Of a stretch of 52,509 nucleotides of DNA, positions 30,246 through 41,314 are shown one piece after another; position 1 is the first letter of the stretch, and each line of letters opens with the position of its first letter. Source of the stretch: an uncultured archaeon (GTDB lineage: Archaea; Asgardarchaeota; Lokiarchaeia; Sigyniarchaeales; SOKP01); NCBI GenBank assembly GCA_964388035.1, contig CAYLZE010000001.1, positions 95,325 through 147,833 on the forward strand. Reading direction: 5' to 3'. A program made the translations under genes and the position numbers. A model generated the notes under the pieces. It was not told the origin of the DNA and did no database searches. It saw only the letters and a list, made by a program, of their open reading frames with translations.

Positions 30246-31268
30246 CTATTTGCCCGGATAAGTTTCAGATAATACTTGATTAATTAACACGTCATGAAAT
30301 TTCGCGGGTTCCTCAAAATTTGGAGAGTGAGCCGACTTTTCGAACCATATCAATTTCTTTTTAGGTGCTTTCAGTTCATTAAAATACTTTTCAGCCAATT
30401 CAAAAGGTGTATTGTAATCATGTCTTCCAATGCAATAATAAACGGGTATTTTAAGTTCAATTGCTTGTTTAAAAAAGTCTATTTCATATAAATGGGGCCA
30501 CATGTTCTCTAAGGAAAATTTACTTCCCTTGAAGAACTTAAAGAGATCTTTAAAACTATATTCGGGAGAACCGAATGCTATTTTAAATAAAGGCCATCTA
30601 CTTTTTTCACCATACATGAATCCTCCAAATTCTTTAAGCCATTTTCTCTCTATTCTTAAGTGTTCAATATTTTGTCCGTTATATGGTTGAATGGCTTTTA
30701 GTTGTTCGATCGCTTTTTGGTTCCCACTTTTTTGAGCTTGTTCAAAAGTATAATCATAGGATACTCTCTCATTATCATATTGATTCACAACTTGGCCCAC
30801 TCCGACATAGGCATAGAAAAGCTCGGGATATCGATTAGCTAAAAGCGTTCCTAAAATACTTCCCCAAGAATGACCTACTATATAAATTTTTTCTTTCTTA
30901 AATCTCTTTCTTAGATATTCTATTAACTCATGAGCATCTTGAACAAATTGCTCGGGAGTCATAGTCTCTTTAGGGATTGTTTTTGAGTAGGATTTACCGG
31001 CGGCTCTTTGATCCCAATTAATCACGATAAAATACTTTTCTAATTCACGTTCGAACTTATATGCCATCGGCCCTTCAATTGTTCCAGGACCACCGTGTAG
31101 AACCAATAAGATGGGATTATTTACATCATGTCCCCGAATAAGTATCCATTGAACTATTCCCCCAATTTCCACCTTTTCTATGGATGCAATGCTATCTGGA
31201 TTAATATTTCCTCGAGCATCCTTTATTTTTGGGGTCTTAGAATAGAACATTCTAAAAATATTAACCAT
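30246..31268 (-). CDS. Alpha/beta hydrolase (proline iminopeptidase-like)
   Basis: LHGGPG, WDQR, GHSWG nucleophile, HDYNTP and SAHSP; ATG 31268 preferred as start. Confidence 0.9.
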   Translation of the reverse strand: MVNIFRMFYSKTPKIKDARGNINPDSIASIEKVEIGGIVQWILIRGHDVNNPILLVLHGGPGTIEGPMAYKFERELEKYFIVINWDQRAAGKSYSKTIPKETMTPEQFVQDAHELIEYLRKRFKKEKIYIVGHSWGSILGTLLANRYPELFYAYVGVGQVVNQYDNERVSYDYTFEQAQKSGNQKAIEQLKAIQPYNGQNIEHLRIERKWLKEFGGFMYGEKSRWPLFKIAFGSPEYSFKDLFKFFKGSKFSLENMWPHLYEIDFFKQAIELKIPVYYCIGRHDYNTPFELAEKYFNELKAPKKKLIWFEKSAHSPNFEEPAKFHDVLINQVLSETYPGK

Positions 31269-31587
31269 AATTAGGAATTCTGATTTATTCAATATAAAGA
31301 TTTGGAAATATACTTTAATGGGTTCTTCTCCGAACAGCATGACCTTCTATTCCAGATGATATCGATAATAAGATCCATATTAGGATTTTCTTGATATACC
31401 ATAAAGAAACAATTGATTAATGAAATTCAAAATTAGATTTAAAAAAAAATTAATTTTGTATATATTAGATAATAACAAAATTTTAATCGAATTCCATGAA
31501 AAAGGAGGAATTATTTATAAATAACATTCACCCATAATGTGACATTAAAGGAATTCAATAATAACTTTTTAAATACAAGTGCTAAAA

Positions 31588-33357
31588 ATGAATGCAAATC
31601 CAAAATGGCACGTGCCCGATGATAGACCTTGGTTCAATTCTGGTTTATGGCAAGAAGGAGTTCCAAAGCAACCTGATTTTCCCGTCATGAGCCTTGGAGA
31701 TTGGTTTGATCAAAAAACGGAGGAATTTGCAAGGCAAAAATATTCTTGGTTTTTAAAAACTACGATGAATTATAGCGTTCTCAGGAAACATGTAGATACT
31801 CTTGCCACCTCTCTAGCTAAAAGAGGAATTAGGAAAGGTGACGTGATAGCTATATTACTTCCCAATAGCTTTCAATTTACTATATCTTATTTTGCCACGG
31901 TGAAATTAGGTGCTATAGTTAACCCCATAAATCCCACTTATAAACCATTGGAAATATTAAATGTATTAAACCAAATCAAACCAAAAGCTCTTATCTGCAT
32001 GGATGCAATGTACGGATTAATAAAACCTATCTCCGATAAATATGCCTTTGATTTCATCATTTCCACGAATATCGCGGATTTAGCTGCAATCCCGGGTCCA
32101 ATCAAACAAAAATTGATAAGTGAGGGAACCATTCCCAGCGGTGAGGTTCCAGGAGCTCTAAACTTCTTGGAATTGGCACCCAAGCGCGGAGAGGTGGATA
32201 TTCCGGAGGTTGAAATAGATCCCTTAAAGGATACCGCCGTATATTTGATGACGGGAGGAACGACAGGGGTTCCTAAAGCAGCAATCATCACCCATTATAA
32301 TTGTATCTGTAATGCCAAGCAAAATTTCATGTGGATGCCGGATGCCGTGCATCCAATGGCATGTATTGGCATTCTACCCATGTTTCACGCGTTTGGTATG
32401 ACAATAGTGCAGAACGTGGTAATAGAAGGAGGAGATTTTAACATTTTGTTTCCCCGTCCTCCGTCTTCTCTAAAAGAAGTAGTGGATACCATATTAGAAG
32501 TCGGTCCTGAAGGCGGCACCATTTTACCGGGAGTAGAAAATCTATTTATTGGACTAACTCGGTATTTAAAAGAAAATCCTGAACCTAAATTGAAAGGAAT
32601 GTTCCGCTTATGCGTGAGTGGAGCCGGTCCTTTGCATAAACCGGTTAAAGATAATTTTGAAAAAATCAGTGAAGGCCGATTGGTAGAGGCTTATGGATTA
32701 ACGGAATGCACGACCGCAGTAAGTGCAGGACCTTTCAATGGAAAGGATCAAACGGGTACTATTGGCTTGCCATATCCCGGGACGGAATGGATGATTTTTG
32801 ATATGGAAGATTTTGACAATGGTCCATTGAAAGGACATGGTCCAGAATACACCGGTGAAATTTGTGTAAGCGGGCCCCAAGTTTTTAAAGGTTATCTAAA
32901 TAATCCAGAAGCTACTGCTCAGACGTTAAGAGAATGGGAGGGTAAAACATGGTGCCTAACGGGAGATATCGGGTACATGGATCCCTCCGGACAAATGGTC
33001 ATAAGAGATAGAAAAAAACAAATGATTAAATATAAAGGATATTCCGTCTTTCCTAAAGAAGTAGAAGAATTAATAGGCAGTCATCCCGATGTATTAGAAG
33101 TGGCGGTGGCAGGATTGCCAGATCCTGAGACGGGTGAGTTCGTAAAAGCTTGGATTCAAATTAAAAACGAAAGTTTCGGTAAAATCACGGTACCAGAATT
33201 AATGGAATGGTGCGAAGAAAATATAACTCATTACAAGTGTCCTAAAGAAATTGAGTTGATAGAAGAGATACCAAAATCCATGGTGGGTAAAGTAGAGAGA
33301 AGACAATTGCAAATTAACGATCCTAAATGGAAAGAAAAATATGGGGGTTCTCTATAA
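31588..33357 (+). CDS. AMP-forming long-chain acyl-CoA synthetase
   Basis: TGGTTGVPK, AYGLTE, TGDIG, DRKKQMIK and PKSMVGK motifs. Confidence 0.93.
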   Translation: MNANPKWHVPDDRPWFNSGLWQEGVPKQPDFPVMSLGDWFDQKTEEFARQKYSWFLKTTMNYSVLRKHVDTLATSLAKRGIRKGDVIAILLPNSFQFTISYFATVKLGAIVNPINPTYKPLEILNVLNQIKPKALICMDAMYGLIKPISDKYAFDFIISTNIADLAAIPGPIKQKLISEGTIPSGEVPGALNFLELAPKRGEVDIPEVEIDPLKDTAVYLMTGGTTGVPKAAIITHYNCICNAKQNFMWMPDAVHPMACIGILPMFHAFGMTIVQNVVIEGGDFNILFPRPPSSLKEVVDTILEVGPEGGTILPGVENLFIGLTRYLKENPEPKLKGMFRLCVSGAGPLHKPVKDNFEKISEGRLVEAYGLTECTTAVSAGPFNGKDQTGTIGLPYPGTEWMIFDMEDFDNGPLKGHGPEYTGEICVSGPQVFKGYLNNPEATAQTLREWEGKTWCLTGDIGYMDPSGQMVIRDRKKQMIKYKGYSVFPKEVEELIGSHPDVLEVAVAGLPDPETGEFVKAWIQIKNESFGKITVPELMEWCEENITHYKCPKEIELIEEIPKSMVGKVERRQLQINDPKWKEKYGGSL

Positions 33358-33463
33358 CAAATTTTTCATTTTTCTTTTTTCTTTTGAATAGTAAGAAGTA
33401 GGATTAATGATTATAAATCCATGAATAAAGTTTTTATTCAGTTGTAATATTTTACAACAGAAT

Positions 33464-34948
33464 ATGCTAAACAGCACGACTCATTTCATTCACGATATTT
33501 TAAATCCGAAAACTGTTGCGATATATGGTGCCAATAATTCGGGAGCTTCTTTAGCCTGCATACAGCTCATGAATCTCATCATATCTCAATTTCCGGGAAA
33601 GATTTATCCCATCCATTTAAATTTAGAATCCATCATGGGTTTTAAAGCTTACAAGACTATTACCGAAGTACCAGAAACTCCAGACGTGGTTATAATTGTA
33701 TTACCACCTAAAGTTGTTCCCGAAATTTTCGAAGAATGCGGTAGAAAGGGAGTAAAATATATCATCCTTATCTCGGGAGGGTTTAGAGAATTAACGGGAG
33801 ATCGTCATAATGATCTCACGGAACAACTAAATGAAATTGCTCATCGTCATGGCATAAGGTTCATCGGTCCAAATTGTTTGGGCGTGTTTAATAATTGGAT
33901 TACCGAAGAAGAGGGAAAAGCATTCAATATTTCTATATGGGAAAGATTAAAGAGAAATCACTTTTCCATTGCTTCGCAGAGTGGAACTCTTTCGAGTCAT
34001 ATCTATTTCGATCCCGAAAATTTAGATCTTGGTTTGGGCAAATCAATTTCGGTGGGAAACGAGGCTAATATCGATCTCTTGGATTGCCTTGAGTATTATA
34101 AAGATGATAATCAAACTAAGGTGATTGGATTATATATAGAGGAAATAAAACGGGGCAGGAAATTTCTAAAGCTGGCTAAAGAAGTTACCAAAAAAAAGCC
34201 AATAGTTGCTATTTATGGGGGAGGATCGGAGGCAGGTAATCGCGCGCTGTCAAGCCATACGGGTTCTCTGGCAGGAGATGGTAGAATATACCACGCAATG
34301 TTTCGAGAGACGGGTATCATAGAAACAAATCAGGTACAAGAATTTTTGGATATTTCTCAAACTCTTGTTAAGGGATTTCTTCCCAGGGGCAAACGCGTTG
34401 GAATTATAACAAACTCGGGGGGTCCCGGAACAATGCTAGCAAACAATGCTGAAAACAGTGGGCTCTTAGTTCCCGAACTATCCGAAGGATTGCAACAAGA
34501 ATTGAAGAGCATGTTGCCTCCAATAGCCAGCTTTAAAAATCCCATTGATGTTACGTTTGATATGAATTTACCTTATTATTATATCACTTTACCGGAAATT
34601 CTCATGAAATCCGGAGAAATCGATGTTCTAATCCAGTATGGTGTCGTAGGTTTTCAAGATGTGATGGATAATTACTTGAAATGTGAAGAAATAGCGAAAC
34701 ATGCCGAATTTTCGGAGCAAGATCCTAAAAAGAGTGATAAGTTGGCCGAAAAACTAGTGCGTCCAACTATAGAAAATGCAAAGAGATATTCAGTGCCTAT
34801 TTTTCACATTAGCCCCCAAAATTACAATAGTCCTTGGTCAAAGCGTTTGCGTCAAAATGGAGCAATGTTATTCAGACTATGGGATCGCCCTATCCCCATG
34901 ATTAAAAAGCTCTGCGATTATGCGGAATTTAGACAAAAGTGCTTATAA
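33464..34948 (+). CDS. ADP-forming acyl-CoA synthetase alpha-subunit-like (ACD)
   Basis: CoA-binding N-domain, GPNCLG, SQSG, SVGNEA, phospho-His SHTG, TNSGGPG and NPID; no ATP-grasp domain. Confidence 0.9.
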   Translation: MLNSTTHFIHDILNPKTVAIYGANNSGASLACIQLMNLIISQFPGKIYPIHLNLESIMGFKAYKTITEVPETPDVVIIVLPPKVVPEIFEECGRKGVKYIILISGGFRELTGDRHNDLTEQLNEIAHRHGIRFIGPNCLGVFNNWITEEEGKAFNISIWERLKRNHFSIASQSGTLSSHIYFDPENLDLGLGKSISVGNEANIDLLDCLEYYKDDNQTKVIGLYIEEIKRGRKFLKLAKEVTKKKPIVAIYGGGSEAGNRALSSHTGSLAGDGRIYHAMFRETGIIETNQVQEFLDISQTLVKGFLPRGKRVGIITNSGGPGTMLANNAENSGLLVPELSEGLQQELKSMLPPIASFKNPIDVTFDMNLPYYYITLPEILMKSGEIDVLIQYGVVGFQDVMDNYLKCEEIAKHAEFSEQDPKKSDKLAEKLVRPTIENAKRYSVPIFHISPQNYNSPWSKRLRQNGAMLFRLWDRPIPMIKKLCDYAEFRQKCL

Positions 34949-35011
34949 TCAGAAATTTTCTTCAAAATTCATCAAAAAATTATTATGCTTTTTACCTTTT
35001 AAATAAATAGG

Positions 35012-35872
35012 ATGATGACACAAGACTTTAAAATATTCGATGCTCACATGCATTCCTATGGAATATGGTTGAAACCATTTGATGGGGATTTACTCAAGTA
35101 CATGGATCATTATAACGTGGAAAAAGCGATTATCACTACGATAAATCGAACGAAGTATTATGAAAATGAAAAGACTGCAACACCTTCAGATGGCTCTAAG
35201 AAAGAGGAAAGTCAAATAGATAAATTCTTTCGAATGGTTCCTAAAGGACAAATACCCCATGAGGATGTGATAAAAATAGCTGAACGTGCCCCAACACGAT
35301 TTTTTAAATTCTTTTGGTTTAATCCCACAATTTCCCCTGAAAAGGAAGCAGAAAGCTATAAAGTCTTGGAGGACCATTTTAAAATGGGTTTTCAAGGAGT
35401 AAAGATTCATTCGGCATTTAACATGGTGCGAATTCCTCGCGATGTCATTAAATTAGCAACTTTCATGCAGGAACATGATAAAAATCTCATGCTTTATATC
35501 CATTCTATGCCAAAAACAAGCTATTTTAGCGGAGTATCCTGTAAAGAAATTGCGAAACTTGCGAACATGTTTCCAGAGTTGAAAATTATTGTAGGTCATG
35601 CGGCCTATGCCATGGAGTTTGCCGTGGAAGTTGGAATGTTTCTTAAAAAAAATTCTAATGTTTATTTTGAAACCTCCTGTTCAGTTTCCTTTGGTATCTT
35701 TCATATTTTAAAAACGATTGGACATGAACGCATAGTATATGGTTCGGATTCTCCCACGGCTTCAGATTTACCCCTTGAAATACAGAAAATTGTAACATTA
35801 CCAAATATTTCGGATGAAATAAAACAAGACATTCTCTATAATAATATCTCAAGATTAATAGAGAAGTTATGA
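35012..35872 (+). CDS. Amidohydrolase_2-family metal-dependent hydrolase
   Basis: DAHMH, GVKIH, VGHA, FETS and YGSDSP motifs. Confidence 0.88.
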   Translation: MMTQDFKIFDAHMHSYGIWLKPFDGDLLKYMDHYNVEKAIITTINRTKYYENEKTATPSDGSKKEESQIDKFFRMVPKGQIPHEDVIKIAERAPTRFFKFFWFNPTISPEKEAESYKVLEDHFKMGFQGVKIHSAFNMVRIPRDVIKLATFMQEHDKNLMLYIHSMPKTSYFSGVSCKEIAKLANMFPELKIIVGHAAYAMEFAVEVGMFLKKNSNVYFETSCSVSFGIFHILKTIGHERIVYGSDSPTASDLPLEIQKIVTLPNISDEIKQDILYNNISRLIEKL

Positions 35873-36002
35873 ACGAATTGGGAGAAAATGTTTAGGGCGG
35901 CTGGTCTCCAATCCTTGCTTTTATTTTGATTTCTTAAATGATTACTATAAGGTTTGCCCTACAAATTTGTCATTATTAAGCTGGAAAAAAAAGAGAGGTT
36001 CT

Positions 36003-36275
36003 CTATTCTTTCTTTAACCCTTTTTGGATGAAATCCTTCACTTTGGTATTAAATTCCTTTACCTTTACTAATTGTTCCTTAGGAGTGGGAAGATTAATAA
36101 TTTTTTTGTGGGATGGAGAATTCACTAGTCTTTGAATTCCCACTTTCTCTTCCAGCCATACTTTTTCGAAAAAATCATCGCCTTCTGGCCATTTTTTAGA
36201 TTCTGAAGCTCGTTTAATACCTTCATTAAACCATTTATTTGCTATTTCTTTTATTTCTTCCTCTTTCATTTTCAT
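36003..36275 (-). CDS. Small hypothetical protein
   Basis: 90-aa charged ORF. Confidence 0.6.
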   Translation of the reverse strand: MKMKEEEIKEIANKWFNEGIKRASESKKWPEGDDFFEKVWLEEKVGIQRLVNSPSHKKIINLPTPKEQLVKVKEFNTKVKDFIQKGLKKE

Positions 36276-36577
36276 GTGGGTCTTTTGTCATTCTTTAATT
36301 TTCAATATACTCTTATTAGAAATTATTCATATGGTAAATTTATATTTTACGTAAAACTTTTCACGGGAATCATGACCTATTATCTGAAAAGAATTAAATC
36401 AACATTTTCTCTTTACATGGTTTTTAACAGAGAGATTTTTTTTCTGATGTCTAGTTTTTTTTAACAATAAAGATAAGAACCATAATTTTAATATCTTCTA
36501 TTGGGATCAAGATTTAATTATCTTAAAAAAATTAGAAATTAGTTGAACTTAATTGAACTATCATTGGTATTTAAATC

Positions 36578-37423
36578 ATGACGGAATACTATGCAAATAT
36601 TAATGGAATTCGGATGTGCTATGAAGTATATGGAAAAGATGGTAGTTTTCCTGTGTTTTGCGTACATGGGTTTGGCTCGAAAAAAGAAACCTGGGTTGCA
36701 CAAATCAACGATTTATCTCAATATTTTATACTAATTACATATGATCAGCGTGGGGCTGGTAAATCTGATCGTCCCGAAGAACCTTTTACCATGGACGTGC
36801 TTGCTGCTGATTTAGCGGCTCTTATGGATTTTTTAAAAATCGAAAAAGCCCATTTTATCGGTTTTTCATTAGGGGGGATGATCCTGCAACATTTTGTTTT
36901 GAAATATCCAACGAGAGTTGAAAAATTAGTGTTAATAAATACCAGTCCCGGTATCCCACAAAAAGGTGGGATTGAAGCCTTCCGAAAGAATCAGCTGGAA
37001 AGAATTGAAGCGATTAAAAAAGATCCGGAGCAAGTACTTTGGAATGATATAAAGAGAGGATTCCATATTAGCTTTCAAAAAGAAATGAAAGCGAATCCAA
37101 AAAAGAAATTTTATGGGAGCTGGTCGGTTCAAGATTTAATTGAATACATGCGAACGAACCCAAGCACGCCTCAAGATGTAGAAAACCAAGTACACGCTTT
37201 AAAGTCTCACGATACTTGGAATCAACTTAACAAGATTAAACATGATACTTTATTAATAGCAGCATCTCACGATAAACTCACTCCTCGTGCCGTGATGGAA
37301 CAAATTCATCATGAGATTCCTAATAGTACGATACAAGTAATTGATAAAGCGGGACATGAAGTTCATCGATCGCGAGCTCCAGAAGTTAACAAGATAATAA
37401 TCGATTTTTTAATGAAATCATAA
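36578..37423 (+). CDS. Alpha/beta hydrolase (enol-lactonase/PcaD-like)
   Basis: HGFG, DQRGAGKS, GFSLGG and AGH motifs. Confidence 0.9.
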   Translation: MTEYYANINGIRMCYEVYGKDGSFPVFCVHGFGSKKETWVAQINDLSQYFILITYDQRGAGKSDRPEEPFTMDVLAADLAALMDFLKIEKAHFIGFSLGGMILQHFVLKYPTRVEKLVLINTSPGIPQKGGIEAFRKNQLERIEAIKKDPEQVLWNDIKRGFHISFQKEMKANPKKKFYGSWSVQDLIEYMRTNPSTPQDVENQVHALKSHDTWNQLNKIKHDTLLIAASHDKLTPRAVMEQIHHEIPNSTIQVIDKAGHEVHRSRAPEVNKIIIDFLMKS

Positions 37424-37767
37424 ACAATAGGATTTCATTTCTATGAAAAAATGAAATTTTTAACAAGTTAATATTTATTCTTTAAAGTTGGGTTTCAAAT
37501 TTTATATCAAAAACGCATTATGAAGTGTAGTCTTAACTTGACATAACTTACACGTAATTTCCTAATCCTAAAAATGGTTAATAACATCTTGCTTTTCTCA
37601 AACATTTGAACGTTGTCCCATTGAGCATGTAGAATTATTTGGAATTATTTAATTCAGAACATAATAAATACAGATCTTGAAGTAAACAATACAGTATTTA
37701 TAGATTAATGCTTTACCTTTAATTATCATATATCATTTACAAAAATGAAAATCGTTTAAAAATAAAA

Positions 37768-39180
37768 ATGACCGAAATAGAGAAAAGTAACGTTTCCAAA
37801 ATGGCTCCCAGAAGTACTAAAAAGATGATCTTTTATAATTTAGGAGCGATTGTTGGTGGATTACTTTATACCATGTATAATCAGCTTCAATTTTTTGCTG
37901 TTTCCTTGCTTTTAATACCCCAAGCAGTCATGGCTATTGTATTTTTAATCTTTTCAATCGTGGATGGCTCTAATGACCCCATTATTGGTTATCTCACGGA
38001 TAGATCAAAAAGGTTCACCGCAACGTTAGGAAAAAGATTTCCCTATATAATGATCGGTACTTTTTTATCTCCCATCTTCCTTATTTTTTGCTTTACCCCT
38101 TTAGGAGGCAGTTCCATTATTATTTCCGTTGTAATACTGACCTTTTTAATTTGTATTTATGAAACGTTAAGAACTACATCTGAAGTAAACATAAGTGCCT
38201 TATTTCCTGATATGTTTAGGGGCCAGAAGGAGAGAAGGAAAGTAACTTCAATTGCCGTGATTATAGGTCTTGTAAATAGTCTTCTGGGAATAATACTCAT
38301 CCCCATGTTTATACAAATGTATGGAGGAGTCACCAGCATCTCTGCTTACACCTTAGCAGTCATTTCTGTCGTGATTGTAGTTTATATAATAGCAATTCCT
38401 TTTAGTTTTGGAGTGAAAGAACCCGATGACATGAAAGAATTACGTGTCAGATTAGACGCAGAAAATAGAAGCAGTTCTCCCGTAAAAGAAGTTGTTGTTC
38501 GAGTATTTAAAGACCGAAATTGGATGTCATTCACGTGTGCATATTTCTTGTATACTGTTGCGGGCTATTCCTTGCTTGCGGGAATTAACTTTTACGTGAT
38601 TCACGGCTTAGGCCTACAAATAAGTGATACAATATTACCTCAATTACTGGCACTTATTATGAGTGTCGTGTCAATTCCCATCTTTTCCAAGATAACTAAA
38701 AAATCGGGAGCAAAAATAGGATTTTTTATTAGTCTGGCGGTATTTGCCCTGTTTTTCATCCTATTTTTTGTTCTGGTAAACGATATCATTTGGTTTACCA
38801 TCATGTTCTTGATTGCAGGTATTGCGCTGGGAGGACACGGGTTCATGTATAACATCGTCACTTCTGAATCAATAGATAATGCCGTGGTAAAATCTGGAAA
38901 GAGGGAAGAAGCTACATATAATGGAATTCTCCGTATTTTTTCAGGATTTTGTTATTTCTTCCAATCCCTTATTTTTGCTATAACCAGTGCCTTTTCAGGT
39001 TATGATCCCTCCTTGGGAGCTGATCAGACCGAGCTTGCAAAACTTGGCTTGAAATTGCAAATGTCTCTCATCCCTTTCTTTATAATCATCATTGCAATGA
39101 CTATATTTTACTTTGGTTATGCAATCAACAAATCAGATGCGATTAAAAATACTAAAAAATTAGCTGAAATGTCCCTTTAA
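37768..39180 (+). CDS. MFS transporter, GPH family
   Basis: DGSNDPIIG, GKRFPY and GKREEATY motifs. Confidence 0.9.
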   Translation: MTEIEKSNVSKMAPRSTKKMIFYNLGAIVGGLLYTMYNQLQFFAVSLLLIPQAVMAIVFLIFSIVDGSNDPIIGYLTDRSKRFTATLGKRFPYIMIGTFLSPIFLIFCFTPLGGSSIIISVVILTFLICIYETLRTTSEVNISALFPDMFRGQKERRKVTSIAVIIGLVNSLLGIILIPMFIQMYGGVTSISAYTLAVISVVIVVYIIAIPFSFGVKEPDDMKELRVRLDAENRSSSPVKEVVVRVFKDRNWMSFTCAYFLYTVAGYSLLAGINFYVIHGLGLQISDTILPQLLALIMSVVSIPIFSKITKKSGAKIGFFISLAVFALFFILFFVLVNDIIWFTIMFLIAGIALGGHGFMYNIVTSESIDNAVVKSGKREEATYNGILRIFSGFCYFFQSLIFAITSAFSGYDPSLGADQTELAKLGLKLQMSLIPFFIIIIAMTIFYFGYAINKSDAIKNTKKLAEMSL

Positions 39181-39198
39181 TTTTTTTTTATTTTATTT
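39181..39198 (+). terminator. Oligo-T archaeal-type terminator candidate
   Basis: T9 and further T tracts immediately after the MFS stop codon. Confidence 0.45.
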
Positions 39199-39535
39199 AA
39201 ATTTTCTAAAGGTTTTTTATACAATTTAGTTTTCTTTAAAAAATAGATCTTTATTCAATTTACTTTCTTTTTGGAAAGCTTGATTGCATTTACTCTAGAA
39301 ATATACATCTCTTCCGATTCAATAAAATGTGTGAAAAAACCAATATAAATGGGTTTCTTACTAGTTTTTTAATTTGTATAAAATTACTTTTTTGGATATC
39401 ACTTCTATATTATATTCATTGATTAACATCCATTTTGAAAGATAATCACGAAGAATAAATCAAGTAACTAGTTCTATTTTGGATTTAATAATAACTTAAA
39501 TAAAGGAAATAACCTAATATTAATATATAATAAAA

Positions 39536-40120
39536 TTGAATATCTTTCTTGTGAACAAAGTGAATCATATAGGGGATTATGGAAGTGAAGAGGAAGTAGA
39601 TAATGTTCAATGGAATTTAATAAAAATTTCTCACGTGGACGACAAAATTATAAAAAAGTTGATAACCCACATGAAATCCGAATTATCTGATAACTTTTTC
39701 ATTTCTTTCGAATCGTTAATCAACATTGGCATGAAAGCGAGAGAATTAGTATCAAAAACTTACAATGAATATTCGGATTCCACCAATTTCCGCAAGTATC
39801 TATTTCAATTTATTTTAAATTTTTACGATGATATCGTAGAATGTCCTTTAGTGTTAAGGTTATATCATCCGGATTTCATAATTCGTGCCAAAAATTTAAT
39901 GCAAATTGAAGAAAAGGGAGATATATCATATTTGAAATTCATTATTCCTTTAATGAATGATCCGGATGACAGTGTAAGATGGGCGACTATTAGAGTACTG
40001 GAATCCTTCAAACAATTTGAGGACAATCCTATAATGGTTAAAAAAATTCAACATAGAATTAATAAAGAACCTAATCCTGTTATAAAAGAAAAGTTAGAAA
40101 AAATTTTTTCTCAAAATTGA
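39536..40120 (+). CDS. HEAT-repeat-like helical protein
   Basis: LMNDPDDSVRWATIRVL and HPDFIIRA HEAT-like units; start uncertain. Confidence 0.75.
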   Translation: MNIFLVNKVNHIGDYGSEEEVDNVQWNLIKISHVDDKIIKKLITHMKSELSDNFFISFESLINIGMKARELVSKTYNEYSDSTNFRKYLFQFILNFYDDIVECPLVLRLYHPDFIIRAKNLMQIEEKGDISYLKFIIPLMNDPDDSVRWATIRVLESFKQFEDNPIMVKKIQHRINKEPNPVIKEKLEKIFSQN

Positions 40121-40137
40121 AATTTTTAGAGTCATAA

Positions 40138-40335
40138 TCATCTTTTTCTAATATCTGCATTTGCCCTGTACATTTTGTCTTTAAATTCTTGAGATTTTTG
40201 GCGCAATATTTTCCGTCGCTCTACGATGCTAACTCGGTTTTGTTTTAAGAGCGTATCTAATTGTTCCATGTATTCTTCCACGCTTAGCTCTAAATTAAAA
40301 ACCGAGTCATAATCTACTTTATCACTCAATTTCAT
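40138..40335 (-). CDS. Small helical hypothetical protein
   Basis: 65 aa, AGGAAAGGA SD-like sequence upstream on the - strand. Confidence 0.7.
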   Translation of the reverse strand: MKLSDKVDYDSVFNLELSVEEYMEQLDTLLKQNRVSIVERRKILRQKSQEFKDKMYRANADIRKR

Positions 40336-40597
40336 GATGTTTCCTTTCCTTATTTAATCAAACTATATTTTTATATCTTATAGACTTTATATACTTGGAA
40401 TATTTATTTTTTTCTTTCTCAAAAAAAGACCTAAAAAACTATCTTAATCATTAATCTCTACTTGATAACATGTACATGATATTAAATTATTATGAAAGTA
40501 ACCACGATTAAATTAATCAAGCACCTTTCCATCTCTTACAATTATCATGGACGAGTATCCGATTTGACCGCTTGAAAATGATGGGAGATAATTTAAA

Positions 40598-41188
40598 TTA
40601 TATCTTTGCTTGAATGTTTGTATAGTCTTTTTTAACGATCTCTGATATCCCAAAACGCAATGTAATAAGTTTTGTATCAACTTTAGTAGTTTGGCAAAAT
40701 ACGGTGGGAACATTAGCTTCATGCTTGTCTAAAATATCTATAATAATTATTCGTTCTTTATTGGAATTAAAGAATATTTCATAAAGAGCACTAATTTCAA
40801 ATTCATGGATATTCTTTTTCAAGAGCTTTCTTACATAAATATCATAGCGTAAAAAAAAGGAAAAAAGAGAATCATCCACAGCTACCTCTAAATTCGGGAA
40901 TTGTGAATTTGCCAAGTGTTTTAAATATTCAAAACGAATTTTATTCGCTCGAATCCACTCAAAAGCAAAATCTAATCCTGTTTTTTCCGATTCCAATTTA
41001 TCTTCATAATATGTCAGAACACCTTTAACATCTTCAAATTGAGCCCCAATGGACTGCGTGTTATGCAGGAAATATGCAATGGAATGAATAAACTCTGGAT
41101 TCTCTAAACTATGACGAACTCGCTGAAAATAATCGTTTAATTTTTCTTTATCAATTGCAAAAGAATCTATCATTTCTCGTTCTTGCAT
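40598..41188 (-). CDS. Hypothetical protein
   Basis: 196-aa ORF, mostly helical-looking; no family recognised. Confidence 0.8.
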   Translation of the reverse strand: MQEREMIDSFAIDKEKLNDYFQRVRHSLENPEFIHSIAYFLHNTQSIGAQFEDVKGVLTYYEDKLESEKTGLDFAFEWIRANKIRFEYLKHLANSQFPNLEVAVDDSLFSFFLRYDIYVRKLLKKNIHEFEISALYEIFFNSNKERIIIIDILDKHEANVPTVFCQTTKVDTKLITLRFGISEIVKKDYTNIQAKI

Positions 41189-41314
41189 GCCTTTAATTAG
41201 CTCCGTTTCTAAATATTGATTATTTATTTCGGTGATTATTATATATTAATTTATATCTCAATTTTGATTTATTTTTATTTAATCAGCTTGAATTTTACTT
41301 TTTTAGACTGCGCA

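Noticed and set aside
36276-36464. 62-aa + strand ORF (likewise 21505-21717 and 47036-47251)
   Set aside because: Phe/Ile-rich translations of AT-rich intergenic DNA with no coding signal.
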